64,000 nucleotides of DNA from an uncultured virus (IMG/VR IMGVR_UViG_3300048839_001435). Taxonomy: Duplodnaviria > Heunggongvirae > Uroviricota > Caudoviricetes. The position numbers and the translations under genes were made by a program. Below are positions 61,976 through 64,000 of the stretch, piece after piece (the first letter of the stretch is position 1; each line of letters starts with the position of its first letter). The notes beneath the pieces are model-generated. The model saw only the letters and a list, made by a program, of their open reading frames with translations, had not been told where the DNA came from and did no database searches. The DNA is taken from the IMG/VR virus record IMGVR_UViG_3300048839_001435. One strand, 5' to 3'.

Positions 61976-63580
61976 CTAGCCGGCGTCGTTCGCGCTGGCC
62001 AGCAGATCACGAAGCAGGCGATCTAGATCGCCTTCGCCTTCGGGCAAGGCGAAGGCGTTCTTCAGGACGTCGATAGCGGCCTCGGCGGCGGGGACGCCCA
62101 GCTTGTCGCCCGTGTCGAGCTTGAGCCTGAGCGCATCGATGATGCCGCGCTCGACAGGGTGATCCGCCACGAGGTACCGGACGTTCATGGGGCGCAGCGG
62201 TGAGAACGTGCGCATCTCGGCCTGGGCGATCAGCGCCGGCGTGAAGTCGACCTCGGCGAAGATGGCCAGGCGCGCATCGGACAAGTCGATGCCGACCTGA
62301 CCGACGGCGATGGTGATGACCAGCGCTGCGCCCGGCGTCTTGCGCCAGTCGGCGAGCGCCTCCTCGCGCTTCATCGTCGAGACGTCGCCGGTGACCAAGA
62401 AGCTCGGGTACTTCTTGCGCAGGCTCTGGTGGATGTGCTTGGCCGTCGACTTGTGCCAGGTCCAGATGACGACTCGCTCGTCGTTGTCGAGATCGGCCTT
62501 GGCAGCTTCGATGGCGACCGGCGCCTTGGCCAAAGACAGCGTCGAGCGGTACTGCGCGATCGCGCCGATCGTCGTCGACGAATCGGACGACGCGCGACCT
62601 GCGGCGACGACCAGATCTAGCTCCAGGCGTTGCTCAGCGGTGAGATCGACGAGCAGGATGTCTCGGGTGACCGGCGGCAGCGTCGGCGCGATGTCCTCCC
62701 AGCGACGGTAGAGCATCATCTCGGTGAGCCGTTGCTTCAGCTCGGCCTCGTTGCGCGTGCCGTCGAACTTGGCACCCCACGCTGTCTCGACGGCGTTGGT
62801 GTACTGGCTGGCGAACTCGAAGAAGGACCCGAAGGCTCCGGGAGCGACGAGACCGAGCAGCGGCCACAGCCCTTGGGGCTTGTTCCACAGCGGCGTGCCT
62901 GTCAGCGCCGCGATCTTCTCGGCGCGGGACGCCAGAAACGCGGCGGCCAACGTCCGCTTGCTCTTGCGGTTGCTCAACACGTGAGCTTCGTCGAGGATCA
63001 GCGTACCGATCTGAAGGCTGGCGTCTTGCCACGCTGCCAGGATGTCGTAGTGTCCGACGACGATCGGCGCTTCGAGTTTGGCGCGATCGAAGGTCTGGCC
63101 GGTGATGACCGAGACCTCCGTATCAGGGAACCGCCGCGCGATCCATCCCCGCCAGACTTCCCGAACTGGCAGCGGCGTGATGACAACGAGTCGACCACAC
63201 GCCGGGTCGTGGAACATCAGAGACTGCAACGTCTTGCCCGTCCGCGGGGTGTCCGCGACCAGGACACCGCGACGACGCGCGGCGAAGGCGACGCCGACGT
63301 GCTGATGCGGTCGGAGCTGGAAGCCGAGCGGCTCGGTCTCCCGGTTGCGATCGAGGCAGTCCTGCTCGAACGTCGTGTTGGCGGCGGCCAGCTCGGCGGC
63401 CAGGTAGTCGCGGCCTTCTTGGAACAGCGGCAGCGACACCCGCGGCAGCTCGATCGTCCGGCCCCAGCATTGCGCCTTGGGGACTTGAGCGAGCTGCGCC
63501 CACAAGTCCTGGCGATATGGCATGGTGAACCAATCGGGACGCTTGGGGTGGGGGACGATCACAGAACCGGACCCTAGCAC
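61976..63580 (-). CDS. SNF2-family helicase
   Basis: LRPHQ, ADTPRTGKT, ILDEAH, LTGTP, GIDL, QAEMR. Confidence 0.9.
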   Translation of the reverse strand: MLGSGSVIVPHPKRPDWFTMPYRQDLWAQLAQVPKAQCWGRTIELPRVSLPLFQEGRDYLAAELAAANTTFEQDCLDRNRETEPLGFQLRPHQHVGVAFAARRRGVLVADTPRTGKTLQSLMFHDPACGRLVVITPLPVREVWRGWIARRFPDTEVSVITGQTFDRAKLEAPIVVGHYDILAAWQDASLQIGTLILDEAHVLSNRKSKRTLAAAFLASRAEKIAALTGTPLWNKPQGLWPLLGLVAPGAFGSFFEFASQYTNAVETAWGAKFDGTRNEAELKQRLTEMMLYRRWEDIAPTLPPVTRDILLVDLTAEQRLELDLVVAAGRASSDSSTTIGAIAQYRSTLSLAKAPVAIEAAKADLDNDERVVIWTWHKSTAKHIHQSLRKKYPSFLVTGDVSTMKREEALADWRKTPGAALVITIAVGQVGIDLSDARLAIFAEVDFTPALIAQAEMRTFSPLRPMNVRYLVADHPVERGIIDALRLKLDTGDKLGVPAAEAAIDVLKNAFALPEGEGDLDRLLRDLLASANDAG

Positions 63581-63662
63581 TGGGGTGAGACACCACGGTA
63601 TGGTGGTGCCGATCGCGAAGCGTCAGGCCCTTGTGCTAGGTTGCCGGACCCCGGGAGAATCC

Positions 63663-64000
63663 TTGGCTGGATCCAGGTTCACAGATCGCGCCGCCGCGCG
63701 CATCATCATCGACGGCACGATCGACGCCAAGGGGATTCGCCCCGAGGTCAAACGTCGTCGCGTGATTCAGACCGTCATCAACCACGAGCTGTCGCTGGAG
63801 AGCGAGTGGTTGTACGAGAGCCTCGCCGAGAAGGCGTACTTCCGCAGCGGCGGTGAGATCTTCTCGCTGACCGACACGGCCGAGCTGGCCGCGTTTCTCC
63901 AGGAGGAGTACGGCATCCACGGCGGCACCGACTGGATGAAGACGATCGTGCAGGCGTTCGTCGCCAAGGGGCGTCGCAAAGGCACCGAGAAGATCGGCCG
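63663..64000 (+). CDS. hypothetical protein truncated by window end (divergent from helicase)
   Basis: TTG with GGGAG RBS; open frame AGSRFTDRAAARIII...; strong GC3. Confidence 0.7.
   Translation, partial: MAGSRFTDRAAARIIIDGTIDAKGIRPEVKRRRVIQTVINHELSLESEWLYESLAEKAYFRSGGEIFSLTDTAELAAFLQEEYGIHGGTDWMKTIVQAFVAKGRRKGTEKIG

Noticed and set aside
1..64000. Prophage boundaries or host assignment
   Set aside because: No integrase, att pair or bacterial housekeeping genes; GC content alone cannot identify the host

Overview
This is a gene-dense, very GC-rich segment of a large bacterial virus genome, with almost all genes on the minus strand and no rRNA, CRISPR array, integrase or reverse transcriptase seen. 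(1) 1-26.5 kb is an early/host-interaction region of small orphan genes. It holds two AAA+ modules (an intein-containing MoxR-type ATPase with a VWA/HEXXH partner, and a Ycf46-like ATPase), SprT-like and DUF2786 proteins, several paralog sets and a tRNA-like element. (2) 26.5-28.2 kb is non-coding, with a helically phased CGGA array next to a ribbon-helix-helix gene. (3) 28.5-51 kb is a late/virion region: M23 peptidase, glycosyltransferase, permuted papain-like enzyme, four fibre/spike paralogs sharing an N-terminal module, a large Ig-domain adhesin, a beta-helix spike, ART- and zincin-type effectors, C-terminally membrane-anchored proteins and very basic core-like peptides. (4) 51-64 kb is a replication module: Dam-family methylase, dTMP kinase, UDG-PolA fusion, SSB, Sak4-like ATPase, DUF4326-nuclease fusion and SNF2 helicase. 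The most striking unexplained signal is a 16-bp palindrome, GATC-N8-GATC (consensus GATCGCRGCYGCGATC). It recurs between genes 3-6 nt upstream of TAnnnT -10 hexamers of virion genes, several apparently leaderless, in a genome that encodes its own Dam-family methylase. No capsid, terminase, portal or tape-measure gene was recognised. All family calls come from reading motifs by eye; no database search was run.
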